A stretch of DNA of 61,420 bases, filler included, from Piptocephalis cylindrospora (GCA_003614145.1; 17 parts of 17 records of this genome joined end to end with filler, not necessarily neighbours in it); one strand, 5' to 3'. Shown: positions 21,156 through 37,574, numbered from the whole stretch's first letter. The notes: generated by a model not told the origin, from the letters alone. Program-made: numbers and translations.

Positions 21156-22025
21156 GAAGACCCCTCCTTCCTACCCTTCTAGTATCTCATCATTTGAAAT
21201 GACCATTTCGGTGACCATGGTCTATCAATAATAGTATTAACTGAGTGTGTAAATAAATTATGGCCGTTAGCCTATGATCTAAAAGCAATCCACTCTGCAG
21301 CTCATCATGCCATGGGTGTGTGAATAGGATTGTAGCATTATTACGTTTTCCCTCCGTGGAGCAAGCTGTTATGAATGCCCAAATACACGCTTCGTAGATC
21401 CCTTCGGTCGAAGACAAGCGACGTGCTTATCGTTATCGTTGTAGGGCAATTAATGCCTGCACATCGGAAGAGCGGTGTATTCCAGAGGATATGGTGTGTG
21501 TAGGGGCGTAGGTGTGTATGTATGTATGTATGTGTGTATGTGTATTTTAGCAAGGAAGCATCAGATAGCTTAGGAGACGCGTAGGATGATTAAGGCCCGG
21601 GCTCGAGGTGGTTTGATCATGGGATACACGCTTAAGAGAAAATCTTATTATAGAGGGTGACGACCTGAGACGGATTTGAACAAGTACTTAGTAGTGGTAA
21701 ACATTTGAACAAGTACTTAAGACGGTGGGGCAAAGGGTGTATTCCCACTCTTGGGCTCGACTTTTCGCTTCTCTCTTCCTTTTTCACATATCTAGTCCTC
21801 CCTTGGTTCGCGTCACTGTTTAATCCTTGATTTGCTTGGTTGATTTATTTAGATTGAATCATTTACCATCTATCGTGAAAATGAGCCGAGGTTTATACCA
21901 TCATGGACCCTATTCTTCATTATCCNNNNNNNNNNNNNNNNNNNNNNNNNNNNNNNNNNNNNNNNNNNNTTAATTAATTAANNNNNNNNNNNNNNNNNNN
22001 NNNNNNNNNNNNNNNNNNNNNNNNN

Positions 22026-22101
<76 letters not shown>
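22026..22101 (+). repeat. (CA)n/(TA)n microsatellite
   Basis: Read directly from the sequence. Confidence 0.95.
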
Positions 22102-22102
<1 letters not shown>

Positions 22103-23271
22103 CATACACATATGCACATACACCACCAGGAGTAGATAGACATTACACCACCGTCTCCAACACTACCTCCAGATAACAACAGAGAGTATGGATGCCTCCT
22201 CGCTCTCCCTTCCTTTCACTATCCCTAGCGATTGGCACGAGTGGAAAGGGAAGAAGGGTATATTTAGTAATAAGGCAAGTACAGACACATTAAAAGTATG
22301 TCTGTTGAACATAATAGTAGGGAATGCCCCCCATGAATGCTTCATTGCTTCATTGGTATCTGACAAAAGATGAGGCAGAGAATATCACCATTGAACCGAG
22401 CACCATATTCCTCTCCCAAAATGTTATTACATATAAACCAACGAGCCCTACTGCTCTACAGGGTGCTCCGCGCAAGCATATATAGATTGGGCATGACCCA
22501 TGACCGATAAGCAATGGACGAGCATTTATCTTTAAGATTGGTTTTTTTTTCAAGTAGAGTTGTATATTTATATATTATATTTGTACTTTTGATTCCTGCT
22601 TAAAATTTGATCGAGAGGATGCGTTGTTATGAATTTCCCATTACATCTCTAAATCTGGATAAACTTTCATGACGCGTTGTATAAACCTTCGCAGATCGAA
22701 ATGACACTCATTGCATTCATCCTTCATACAAAAATATGCTACTATGCGCGTTTGAGATAAACCCCATGTTACACTCACTGGAAAGGTAGCCAGGTAAAAT
22801 TAAACCTTCCCAACTTCTACACGGTTCATGCCTGATCGTGATATGTATAAATGATGAGATGATACATCATCGACCTACTTTTACTCAAGGTCTACAACGT
22901 GGATCTACTTTATCATTTACTAACTAGCCATCACATAGTCCACTCATCCATTCTCCTGCTACTCTACTATTATTAACCTTATTTTGAATAAAAACCCTAT
23001 CCCACAACGCAAAAGGACCCAGGCTTTCCCCACCAAACACGTACAAGGCAGTCAAAAACGAATAAAAAGTCAACTGGGTTAGATCAAATCTCGCAACCTC
23101 CGATGTCAAACTCAACCCAGTCCTCTCTACCAGCCACGACCTCCTGCACCCAGGGTGCACTCTTTGTTATTGTCCTTACCAGGTTTACCTTCTGTAGGGA
23201 GCCTCATTCTTTCCTACTTTACCTGTTCCCCTCCCCCCCCCCTCCTCTACTGCCCTTTACTAAGCACTACC

Positions 23272-25480
23272 ATGGATGACCAGGGCAAGCTGGCCTCCAC
23301 AGGGGACGACGACACGACCATGGATGATGCCACTGTTGAGGTGCCAGCCCCAAATCACACCAGCATCATTCCCACCGCTGACACAACGACGGTCAATCGT
23401 AGGGCGCCCAAAGATGGGTCTTCTTTCGAGAAGGGTACTATCGAGAACGCCATCCATGAGGTGTGCACCGTTCCTAACGGCACTTCTCTTCCTAACTCTC
23501 AGCATTCCCCGTTGCAGAATACACCTACCATGCTCCCACTTCTACCTGATGCCCCTAGTTCCTCATCCGTGAGCATGGATCACCCAAAGGAGAATGAGTC
23601 GCGGGACGAAGCCAGCAAGATCATTTCAGGTGCCTCCACGCCCAACGAACAAGGTCCGCGGCGAAGTCAACGGAGACGGAAGGCACGGGAGACAAGCTGG
23701 TATATCCATCCAGACGACATGGACCGTAGCATTTTCACTGGTCGTCCCTCCTCATCACACAAGACGCGTCGATCTGCGCCTCGATCCAAGAATCGATTCG
23801 TCACTCCACCACTCCCATCCTCCATTTCCCCCACGGGCACCGCACCAGTTTCATCTGATCCTACGATAAGCGAGACTGGGGCAGGAGATCCATCCAGTGC
23901 GGATGGCCCAAAGGAAGAGTTGGTTCCGGCCGAGCCGGTGAGACCCGGCTGGCACACTATATCCTGGCATCTAGAACGAGTCCTTCATTCTCATGGTGAT
24001 AGCCCCATGCACAGTAAACTGGTCATTTCCGAAGCTCTAAAGTTGGACCAAAAAATCTCCCAACAATATTCACTCCCCCGGGCCTTTAGGGGAAAGGTAT
24101 ACCTGCCTTCTTCTTCCCTTCTCTAGCCATGCTCATCACCCTATTTCCCCCACTTACACTTCACGCCTCATTTTCTCCCCTGGATAGACGCCGGAAAATA
24201 GTGCTAGTGCAAGTCTCTCCTCCAACAAGGATCGTCTATTCATCCCTTCCCGAAAGGGTCGGAAAATTTACTATAAACTGGCCTGGAAGGCTCGTGATAT
24301 CCCGTCAGCCGTCGCAGCTTATAACACGTGGATGTCGGAGCTCGTCACCTATGACTGGCCTCGTTGCTTTGGTGTTCCCAAGCATCGGGCGGCTCAAGCG
24401 GATGCTGGGGAACTTGCACAATGCCCCCCTGAAGTTCCCTACATCCCTCCCCAAATTCTTCGGCCGGTCTTCTCTGATCAAGAGATGTCTGCCACTGTCT
24501 CATGTTCACAGCCCCCCCAAAAAGAGATCACGTCTTCATCTTCGGTTACTGTGACAGCTGGAGTTCCCTCCGTAATTCCCAATGAGTCTACTGAAGCCAC
24601 TTCCGTCACGGAGACTACCCTCCCTGCTCCAATGAGTACATTAAGTCAAGATACTAGCGCCTTGATGAAGGATGAGGAGACACACAATCCCGAGACCCCT
24701 ATGTTTGTTGAAGCGGCCACGCGGGTTTCGCAGCCCCTAGAGCATGTTGGAGAAACCACACTTCCCCCCCAGACCGCCGAACGACCTCAGGGAATCTCCG
24801 CTAGCCCTCCCGTCCGTGAGAGCGTCAACCTTTCTTCATCGATGCCCTCGCTAAAACTAGAAGCCAACTCAGAGCCTTTGACCACGGTGGTGACATCTGA
24901 TCAGATGGCTCCTCATCTCCCGAACCATCCCACTGGGGATGTGACGATGGATAGGGCAGTTAATACGATGACGCCACAGGGAGCGCTCAACCCAAGCGCT
25001 CTTATCCTCCCAGCCTCGGCTACGCCGACCCGGGTCAGGGAACCTCTTACTCTAGTGGATTACCAGCAGGGAGGCATACCGTACCATAGTGCACAGAACC
25101 GATTGTTAGGTATCAATGGCCCTCGAACTTTTGTCGACCCGGGTGTGACCGACGGGGAGCTTGATGTGAGGATCCAACAATTTAAGACCATGGAGCGCTA
25201 CTGGAATAAGTCCTTACGCATTCTCCCGGCCTCCTGTGACCCTCCGCCTAGAAACGTCACCGAAGCCCTTGTCATTATCGAGCGGCGAGAGCGGCTAGCC
25301 AAGATCAGGGAGCAAGAAGAAAAGATAAAGGGCCCGACAGAAAGGGATACAGGGCACAATGGTCGAAGAAAAATGGAAAAAACCGGGGAGATGGAGGGGG
25401 GGCGAGTCGAAAAGAGAGCAAAATTTTCTCCCCTTTTTCTCCCCCCCGGGGGTTTTATAGAGGAAGCGAGAATTATATAG
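23272..25480 (+). CDS. HARE-HTH (HB1/ASXL-type winged helix) domain protein; intron ~24097-24188
   Basis: Splicing gives LERVLHSHGDSPMHSKLVISEAL...FRGK-TPENSASASLSSN...FYYKLAW. GKTPxxSxxAxL is typical of HARE-HTH. The rest is low-complexity. Confidence 0.65.
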
Positions 25481-26975
25481 GCTTGTCCGGAAACGCACAG
25501 CTTTTTTCATCACGATAAACACCCTTTCCCAAGCATGATGGACTCATGATCGTATGAGGAGGACAATGACAGAAAAAANNNNNNNNNNNNNNNNNNNNNN
25601 NNNNNNNNNNNNNNNNNNNNNNTTAATTAATTAANNNNNNNNNNNNNNNNNNNNNNNNNNNNNNNNNNNNNNNNNNNNTTCCTATCCTTTTTACCCCCTT
25701 CCTTCCTTCTTGTCCATCTTTATTTTATCCTCAACTTACCTTTTTTCTTTTTCCCAGAATGGTGATCTTAGTCTCTTCCTGCCATATCTTATGTCAACGC
25801 TATTCTATCCTTTCAAGGTAAGCTTCATCTTTTCTCCTTCTCACACGGCCCATCCATTTGGTGGTTAAAATGATGATTTCAAATCACGACGGTCTTCTAA
25901 ACTCTGACCCTGTTGAAAACGCCTGACCAATTACAGGCAACTCCTCTGAAACCCCTTTTATCCTTTTTTTCTCTATCCCTCCTTTGCGCCTATGGTCTTT
26001 TACTTACGCATTTGCCCTTTATTAGATGGTGCTACTAATTACTTGATGAGATGAATTTGGTATGATCAATGAATTTTATTTTCGTGAACACTTCATTTTC
26101 TTTTTGTCTCTTTAATTTTGGTGTTGCTCCTACTAGTTTTCATACATTCTCAAATATGTGTTCAATCTCTAATCAGTTAATAATAATAATCAATCATCGT
26201 CGCCGTATATGCGGGGGCAGCACAGATTATCAGCCCCATAGTCGGCTATTATTAGCTTTATTGCCACTTATGGAAATGCAGGATTTTTATGATGGATACG
26301 CTTTGCATCCGATGCTCGCAGAATCAAAAGTCTGTGGGGGCATACCATCTTTTTTAGTCGATATATCAGGGTCCACATCTTGGATCACTGCGATATTCGC
26401 CCTCTGTCACCATTTCCCTCTTAGTGCGCCCCCCTGTCCAGGTAATTCGGGGTTTCCTTCCCCCCTTTGTGTCCACCAGCAGTATTGGAGTTTGCCCTTC
26501 AAAACAGGGAGGTGGACCCAGTATGTACTTTTTCCCCTCTTTGGGTGGCCCAAATGCTCATAGTATCCCTTGTGTCTTTGTTTCCTCCCCTTGGCCCTGT
26601 GGTTACCTGGGGCAAACGCCCCCTGGTCCGTTGTCTGTACTGTACATGCACTAAAGATACCATTACTACACGTACTTTGACTGGTGGTAGCTGTGGGCCA
26701 TACATACAAGCACACACACACATACACGCACACATCTAAGCCACACTCGCATTCACAGCCACATCATTCCCTCCGCCTCAGCCCTCCCCCTCATTATGAC
26801 CTGGATTGACACCTTGTCGATGGCTAAAAGCTCAACGCGATCCACGAATGCATCTTGAGGATCACTTCACCCCTTCTTTCCTTTCTTTCTCTTTTCTTCA
26901 TCACTCACTCGTCCTCTTTTCTCCCCACCGTCCTCATCACCTCTTCCTCGACCAGCCTCATATAACTATTCGACC

Positions 26976-28701
26976 ATGTCGAACCTTGCACGCCTTGCTC
27001 GTCAATTGCCCTTGGCGAGTCGGTCCATTCGGACAATGAGACTCCCCATGATGGGTCACACGGCGCAACCAGCTGTCCTTTCCCGTTCTCAGGCCCCTTT
27101 GGCTTATGCCACCGCGGCACTCTATACCTCTTTGGCGAGACATAGTTCTCTGTCTCTTACTGCTCCACTGCCATTCACCCAACCCAAAGAGCTTTTGCCA
27201 GTAAAATCCAAAGTCGCTTCCCCATTCTACTCAAGTGCTGTCCCTCGACGGATCACCCTCCCTCGGACTTACTCCACCTCTCGATCCGTTGCGTCATTTG
27301 CCTCTAGGCAAAAAGCACTTCCAGCCCTACTTCGGGGCTCTAATCCCTTGTGGATCTCTCCCTTAAAGTCATCCCGTCGTTCCTACAAACTGGGCCTACG
27401 TCGGTTTGCCTCCTCCTCTGAGAAGGATTCCGATAAGGGGAAACAGATTGCCAAGCCCAAGAAGAGCATTTGGCTCCGGGTCAAGGAAGAGGTCATTCAC
27501 TACTGGCATGGCTTTAGGCTCTTTGGTATTGAGATCCGTGTCTCCTCCAAGTACCTCTGGCGCATGCTCAAGGGCGATAATCTTTCCCGAAGGGAGCATC
27601 GACAGGTCAGTAGGATGCCCAATTTTTCATTTCCACCTTTTCTCTTCCCCTCCTCATCTAACCTTCCAAATGCATTTCCCCCGAGAATAGATGAAACGTA
27701 CATCCAAGGATTTGGTACGGATGGTGCCTTTCCTCGTCTTCCTCATTGTCCCGTTCATGGAGTTGCTGATTCCGGTGGCTCTGAAGCTTTTCCCTAACAT
27801 GCTACCCTCGACCTTTGAGAATAGTAGTACCCGGGAGGAGAAGAGGCGCAAGTTGCTCAAGGTCCGGCTGGAGACGGCCAAATTCCTTCGCGAGACCATC
27901 ACCACTGATCTTCCTGCTGGGTCCGGGAACCAGGAGGCCGCCACTGCCTTTGCTGATTTCTTTGCTGGCGTACGCACATCGGGGAAGCCGGTCAATACCC
28001 AGGAGCTCCTGGAGGTGGCCACGCACTTCAATGACGAGCTCACCCTTGATAACCTAAGCCGGTCGCAGCTCGTTTCCATGTGCCGATACATGGGGATCCG
28101 GGTGTTTGGACCGGACAACTTTCTCCGTTTTCAACTCCGGAACCGTGTGGACAAGCTCCGGGCCGATGATCGACTTATCTCTGCCGAGGGCGTCCAGGCC
28201 CTGACTCCCGCTGAGCTCTCTCATGCTTGCTCCAGCCGTGGAATTCGGACGATCGGGGTATCCCCCTTCCGGATGCGCCAGGAGCTGTCTGGATGGTTGG
28301 AATTGAGCATTGATCACAAGGTTCCCTCCTCCCTTCTTATCCTCTCCCGGGCCTTTTCCCTCCTCGCCGAGGTACCCGCCTCTCCCACGGATGCCCTTCG
28401 TGCTACTCTGGAGAGCTTGCCGGATGAGCTGGTGCAGGAGGCCCACTTGGACGTGAGTGAGAAGGAGGGTCAAGCCACGCTGGAGCAGCGCCTTCGTGTG
28501 ATTGAGGAGCAAGAGGAGATGATTGCCGATGAGGCCGAGCGAAAGAAGCAGGATGAAGAGAGGGCCAAGCTCGAGGCGGAATTGGCCTCTTTGAAGGAGG
28601 CAGCTTCCGAAGCGACGGCTGACACGGCTAAGGAAAGCAAGGGTAAGAAGAGTGAAAAGAAGAAGGAGAAGGCTTCATCGTCGTCGAATTCATCTTCTTA
28701 G
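26976..28701 (+). CDS. MDM38: LETM1-family mitochondrial protein; intron 27607-27690
   Basis: Arg/Ser-rich presequence, VKEEVIHYWHGFRLF, LSRREHRQMKRTSKDLVRMVPF, LKLFPNMLPSTFE and LTLDNLSRSQLVSMCRYM. Confidence 0.93.
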
Positions 28702-29327
28702 GGATTGAGATGGGAATGGCAATGGTGACATGGCTCGTTACAATGGGATGATAAAGCAGATGCTACTGGTAAATATACGGGATGCATAGATTTGTTCCTT
28801 TCTTTTTTGTTTTCATGTATTTAGGTTAGGGAAGTATTTGGGATATATGATGATCACTATGAGTAGGCGAGTATAGAGAGAAGGGGTGATGTATGGGTCA
28901 CTGATCTGGTTATCCACCACCGAAAACAACCAAAAAAAAGACGGCAGCTTTCACCAAATGTGCACTACATGCCAGATTGGGCCTAGGATGGACTTCAATC
29001 CATTCTGGCTACCTAACTGATCATCTGCATCCATCGTTGTCGGAACCGATGTTCTGACCCGCGCATACGCGCCGTCCTGACTTTAGCCGTCAGGCATCTC
29101 GATGGTAGGGAACGCCACATATCGGGGAGGTTGGACGCTTAATCAGGGGAGTAAATAAGCCTTGTGTGAGCGATATGGATGACCCACAGGGCACATCCGT
29201 GTATGAGGATCCTCTCATGTTTCGAGANNNNNNNNNNNNNNNNNNNNNNNNNNNNNNNNNNNNNNNNNNNNTTAATTAATTAANNNNNNNNNNNNNNNNN
29301 NNNNNNNNNNNNNNNNNNNNNNNNNNN

Positions 29328-32300
29328 TATTAGATCTTGCTCCTCCAAGTAGCCGTCGTATCAATACCATTCTCTCCCACATTGTTCGTCAGTCCACCCC
29401 ACCACCCGATCTATCTCAGTATGATCCTCTTGTCCCTGGTACCCTGGCCATGAACGACCTTTACCTTGCATGTAAGCTCCACCAGGGATGCGAGGTATGA
29501 TGGTACATTTTCTCAATCTCTTTTCTACCAAATTCACAGCGCGTATGAGCAAGGTCACGCCCTGGTACCAAGAGTATCGGGATCGTCTGTTTGATTATGC
29601 AGGTGCTGTTGACTACGAGTCCTTTGATCACCCTATTGCGTGTAAGTAATGACACTATCCTCTCTCCTACATGGCTTTATTTGCCTCTCATCCCTTAATT
29701 CCCTACCTTATCCCCTCCATCACCCTAGTCGTCCTTGGGGTCTCCACGGCTCATCCGGACCCTATTGCAGAACTCACTCGATTGATGGACACATGTCGTC
29801 AGGCTCCCATCTTTCAGCGCGGGTTTCTAGATCCTGAGGTCCCAAAGTACTTTATTCTCCTACATGACAGTGCCTCCTCGGATTACTCGGTTTCCCTGTC
29901 GTTGTTTGAAAAGATGAAACGACAAATGGGCGGGAGCTGCCATTTACTTCGTATCAACTCCCGTCCTGAGGATGACACCTCACCGTTTGTCGAGGACATC
30001 TGGAGGCCCTACATGGTTCGTGAGGCCATGCTAGAATCGGTCCCTCGGGAAGATCTTACTGGGACCAATGCTGAAGGAGGTTTAGAGGGCTTTGGAGGGG
30101 GAGGTACAGATCGTCCCATTGTCGGAGAAGCCGATGGGAGAATGGCCAAGGACTACAAACCAGATGCAGCCAATCGGTGTGGGGAACTCTTGAGCCCAGA
30201 GGATGTCCAGGGGATTAGAGTCATGTGCAAGGAGCTCCTCACCCAGAGTATCATTCCGTTCATGGAACAGAGTTGTCAGGTTTGGAATGAGCAGGTAAGT
30301 TCATGCTTACTTATGAAATATTGCACCACGACCTTTTGGGCACTCTTTGACCCTCATCTCATTGTAGATTGCCTCGGGGAGAAGAGGTCTGACAGGAAGA
30401 CTCTTTTCGGCCAGTCGTCGTCTGTTGGGCCAAAGTAGTAGCGGTGCTGGTGGGGCAGGGGGGGTTCATCATGGACATTCAGCTTCCCAATCCACATCAT
30501 CCCTCACCTCCCAGTCTTCCGCTTCCCTTGGACATCCATCTACTCCCCCGTTGAGTCACACAGCACCTGCACCAGGGAAGCATCAGCGAAGGGGCAGTGA
30601 AGAGACAAGGTCCACTGCCCAAGACGGCCCTTTTTACTCTTATGGTACTCCCGAGGCTCAGTTACGTCGTTTGGCCGATTATTCTTTCATGCTTGGAGAT
30701 TATCGGTTTGCTCAAAGTATCTACGAGACACTAAGGAGGGATTTTGCTACTGAGAGAGCCTGGAAGTACCAGGCGGCTGCTCAGTCCATGCTTACCCTGT
30801 GTGCCCTAATCCTTATGCCTCTTGGAGGTTACCATACGGGATCGGGTCTGGGTGTCAGCCTTGGACGTGGAGATGGGCGAGATGGGCGAGATGGACGAGA
30901 TGGATCGGATGGCTACTCGTACAACTATGCGGGAGGGAGCTCTTCCGCAGGGGAAAGGGCCTCTATTGGTGTGGGCTCCTTATCGGGAAGTGGTGGGGGC
31001 TCAGGGGCAAAGATGGATGTCGTGGGCGCTGTAGAATTCTCCTATCAATCCTTGGTCCATAAAGGCAACCTTCCGGTGGCTGCAGCTCGTATGGCCATGC
31101 TGCATTATGAGGCCCTGCAGGATCGAGAGATGTGGGTCGAAGCCGCTGACTCCCTGATGCGCCTTGGGGGGGAAACAGTGGATCTACGTTGTGGCTTACT
31201 CTACGAACAAGTACGGTCATGAACGGGGGGAAAAGGACAGATTACCCGGGCTGTACCGTATACTCATTCAATCCTTTTCCCCCTATTCTAGGCTGCTCAT
31301 GGGTATTTAAGGGCATGTGAGCATCATGGTCACCCACGCATACGGAAGAATGCATTTGCCCTTGTTCTCGCTGGTTTCCGTCTTGGAAGGGCCGGACAAG
31401 GTGAACACTCGCAAAGATGTTATCTTGCTGCCGCAACCATTTTACGGGATCGAGGATGGACTATAATGGAAAATCACGTGGATTTTGCCCTAGGTCACCA
31501 GACCTTCCTCCTCCATCGGTATGCTGAGGCTCTGGAGCATTTTACTCGGCTACTCGGGGAATCCGAGCAGAGTGCCGCTTTGCAAGGCCTTTATCTTGGG
31601 GAGTTTCTCGAGATCTATAAGGAGGTGGATAGGGAGAATGAGGAAGGAGAAGAGAAGAGTGAGACCAGAGATAAGGACAAATGGTCACGTATGGCTCTTC
31701 CCTTGCCCAAGATCAAGGATGATTCCATTACCGTCATCCCTCTTCTCGAGGAGGAGGACGAAGATGATGAGGCCCAAGAGATGGAAGATTCCAAAGGGAA
31801 AGGTGAGGATGAGGAGGCGACTTCGACTGATGAAGCCCCACAAGGTCTGGCCGAAAAGGTAAGGGTGAGAGCCTCAACCGTGGCTTCAACCGCTTCCACG
31901 GACCCTTCTGGGGTTTCAAGCCTCTCTAGCCCTACTTCAGGTCAGGCTATCCCCGATCTCCCGATGATGGGGGTGAGTAAGGCAGAGGAGATGGCTTGGA
32001 AATCCCTGCACAAGACATTGGGCGAACGGGTCGACCCGATGAATAAAAAGAGAAAGAAAAAGCCAGCCTCCCACAAGAACCGATCTAACGCCGATGGGGG
32101 AGGCGCCAGCGGGGGAAGCCGTCCAGTGTGTGCTGTGGGTGAATGGGTCAGTGTGGATCTGGAATGGTCCAATCCCCTACATATCCCCATTGAGCTGAGT
32201 CAAGTGGAGATGGAGTGTGTCCATGATGCCGCTGATCCCTCCGGCCAATCGTCGAGTTCCACTGAGGAGGCCCAGATTGTTGATTTAGATGTAGAAGGGG

Positions 32301-32872
32301 GATTGCGGATCCGGAAGCGTCTTTATCCCGATTCTACCCTTCGTCGATACGAGCATTACGACTCTGAACAACTGGGATCGGTTACCTTGGAGGGCAAGGA
32401 AGAGAGACGGGTAAGCTTTCGACTACGACCTACCACTCCCGGATCCATCCGTATCCTCGGGATCCGATATGTGGTGTGTGGGGTCGTTCCTGGTCACAAA
32501 AAGTTCTGGAAACGGGGCCCTAGGCTCAACGGGACCAAGGCTGAGCGGACTATGGAACTTTACGGACCTGACCGATCCCTTGACCTTGCTGTCACGCCCC
32601 CAATGCCCTTACTTCGTGTGGAGATGCACCACTCTTCCCCTTCCCTGCTCTCTGGGGAGGTGTCTTCTGGGAAAATGTGCTTGGTGAATGCAGGTGAACG
32701 AGCCCTGAAGGATCTGTATGTCTCTGTATCTCATCCTACCATGCTACGCCTCGGAGCTGGGAAAAGTAGTGATGGGGATGTGCAAGGGGTGGATGATCAT
32801 GGTTTGGAGAGATGGTCCGAAGGGAATGGTATGCTTCCTGCCTATCTCTGTCCTCCGCCCCCCTCCTCTCCT
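29328..32872 (+). CDS. TRS85: TRAPPIII subunit Trs85/TRAPPC8 (internal fragment, several introns)
   Basis: YESFDHPIA, CHLLRINS, QSIIPFMEQ...WNEQI...RGLTGRLF, PEAQLRRLADYSFMLGDY and NPLHIPIELS. Confidence 0.9.
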
Positions 32873-33410
32873 NNNNNNNNNNNNNNNNNNNNNNNNNNNN
32901 NNNNNNNNNNNNNNNNTTAATTAATTAANNNNNNNNNNNNNNNNNNNNNNNNNNNNNNNNNNNNNNNNNNNNTGGAGGTAGTGGTGATAGTGGGGTACCA
33001 TTGAGAATGGGGAGATGGATGGAGAGGAGAGGAGAGAGAGGAGAGGGACAAGCTTTTCCGTAGCATTCCTCCCCTCTCTCAGAGAGATCTGACGGGCAAT
33101 GTGTGATTCATGGGAGTGGTGATGAGCCATGAGGATTGGGGGTGGGCTGAGACGTGTAGAAAAGGGCGGGAATGACCCGTACTTTCCGGTTCAAGCCCCT
33201 CTCCCTCCCACCCCCCATCTCTCTTCTCCCTCTCACTCCACCAGCCTCCTCTCCATCCTCGCTCCCTTTTATTCCATCAGTCTCCGCTTAACCACCCTTG
33301 TTATCTTTCCCTGTCTCCTTTGATCAGATCTCTCTCTCTCTCCCTTCCTGGTCTGACCTCCCTTTCCCCCCACTCTCCCCTCTTCCCTCCCTATCCCTCC
33401 TACCTCTGAC

Positions 33411-35801
<2,391 letters not shown>

Positions 35802-36115
35802 AGATGTGGGGAGGGAGAAAGGGAAGGACCGATGATCCAAATGCCGTGGATCAGTTGTAATGTATCTTTTTTCCCTTTTGAAGGTTTATTTCCAATGAAG
35901 CCGTTTCTCACAGACACAGACACAGACACAGACACAGACACACAGCGCATGATTTCTCTGCAGGACCCACAAGGGAGACTGATCAAAGATCTCTATAGTA
36001 GTGCATATATGGGACGGAGAGAGCACGACGCCTTTTACAAAATAAGCTAGAGGATGAGAGACCCTCAACCCCGATCAGTCTCCCTTTCTCTCTCTCCTTC
36101 CAAAAACAGTGCCAT

Positions 36116-36357
36116 CTAGTCTTTCTGACTAAGGGATTGAACAGCACGTAAAATGACTTGTCGGTCCTTGGTGTAATGGTACCGTAGCTGATCCTCACTG
36201 TACCGGTGATAAGCCCAGTCGGGCCTTCCCTCCGTCACGGCTTCCCGTAAACTCACCCAATTTTTCCATGCCTCAGGGGCAGAGTAGGGAACCTTGATGA
36301 GCTCATCCACCTTGTTCTTTAACCTCTTCACCATATCATCAGGCACAGGGAGGGAGT
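36116..36357 (-). CDS. Probable terminal exon of an unidentified gene
   Basis: CCTGCAG acceptor followed by an open frame ...PDDMVKRLKNKVDELIKVPYSAPEAWKNW...QKD*. Confidence 0.4.
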
Positions 36358-36505
36358 CTGCAGGAAATGAGGAGGAGAGAGGCCCATACGATCCTCCCTC
36401 CTGATNNNNNNNNNNNNNNNNNNNNNNNNNNNNNNNNNNNNNNNNNNNNTTAATTAATTAANNNNNNNNNNNNNNNNNNNNNNNNNNNNNNNNNNNNNNN
36501 NNNNN

Positions 36506-37574
36506 AGGATGTGCAAAAGAGAAAATGGGCGGATCCAGGCCAAGTACGTACCTCGTCATCCTGCTTTAGATACAAGAAGTGCTTTTGGAGCCGGGGAAGG
36601 GCAAGGGCCCGACCGCCAAAGTCGGATAGACCAAGGAAACGGCAGAAGGCGCTAATGTGCTCATCGGCCAAATGGGTCAACTCGAGACTGGAGCCCTGAT
36701 CGGCAGCCAACTTGGCGAGTTTCTGAGCATCCAGGAACATGTCTGGGGTCATTCCATGATCGGTGATTGCGAGGGAAGTAGCAGCGGCTTCACTCATGGC
36801 ATTCCTCCTAGCATGGATCTTTTTCACTCGGGTTTCCTAGAGGGATGAAGTTGAGTCGGCCCCTTTAGGAAGAGTCAAAATTAGAAAAAAGAAACAAACT
36901 CACGTTCTGAGATGGAAGGATGCAGGTGCTAGGAACAAGGCCTGGGGCAAAGAGCAGCAAAAAGGGGATGGACTCGGGGAGGATGACGAGGACGGTAAGG
37001 AAGGGGAAAAGCTTGCGGAAGTCAGCTTGAGCTCGGGTCATCAGTTGAAATTCCTTACGGGTCCAAGTCCGATTCTCCGTGACCAGGGTCTTTCGAATGA
37101 CCTTGGCTTCCCGACGGTTCTGGAAGAGAAGCTTAATCCCATCACGGTAGTGGTAAAAGAGTTTCTTGACCTTGTCCATCAATCCCTCTTCCTGCGAGGC
37201 CTTGGATATACCGGTCAAGGAAACGATGGAGACGATCGGAGGGAACGGGGTGGTAACCGAGGCCTTATCCTTGATGCTGAGACTAGTAGTGGCAGTGGCC
37301 GTGGTTGAATTGGCCCTGGATCCCGAGTTTGTGGACATGGCCCTCGCGGCAAACGAGGCTTCCCTAAGAGGGAGGGGCACGAGCCCAGGCCTAGAGAAAG
37401 AAGGGAGATGAGCTTTGATGGTACAAGGCCCTTCACGCACCCACCCCACCCTTGACCCTCCTCCTTGAAGACGCAATAAGATACGTACCGAGCAACCCAT
37501 AGACCAGCACGCTGGGAAAGGAGCAGGGAGGAGGGCTGCCGCAACAAGGTCGTTTTCTGACTCATACGCCACAT
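36506..37574 (-). CDS. Second LETM1-like (LETMD1-type) mitochondrial protein, 3'-partial
   Basis: Presequence exon MWRMSQKTTLLRQ. Motifs HYRDGIKLLF, WTRKEFQLMTRAQADFRKLFPF...PESIPFLL...VPSTC, and FCRFLGL...LQKHFLYLKQDD. Confidence 0.8.

Noticed and set aside
26330..26450. U1-like TTACCTGG..CAGGGG on the minus strand
   Set aside because: It lacks the ACTTACCTG 5' end, the U1-70K and U1A loop motifs, and an Sm site.
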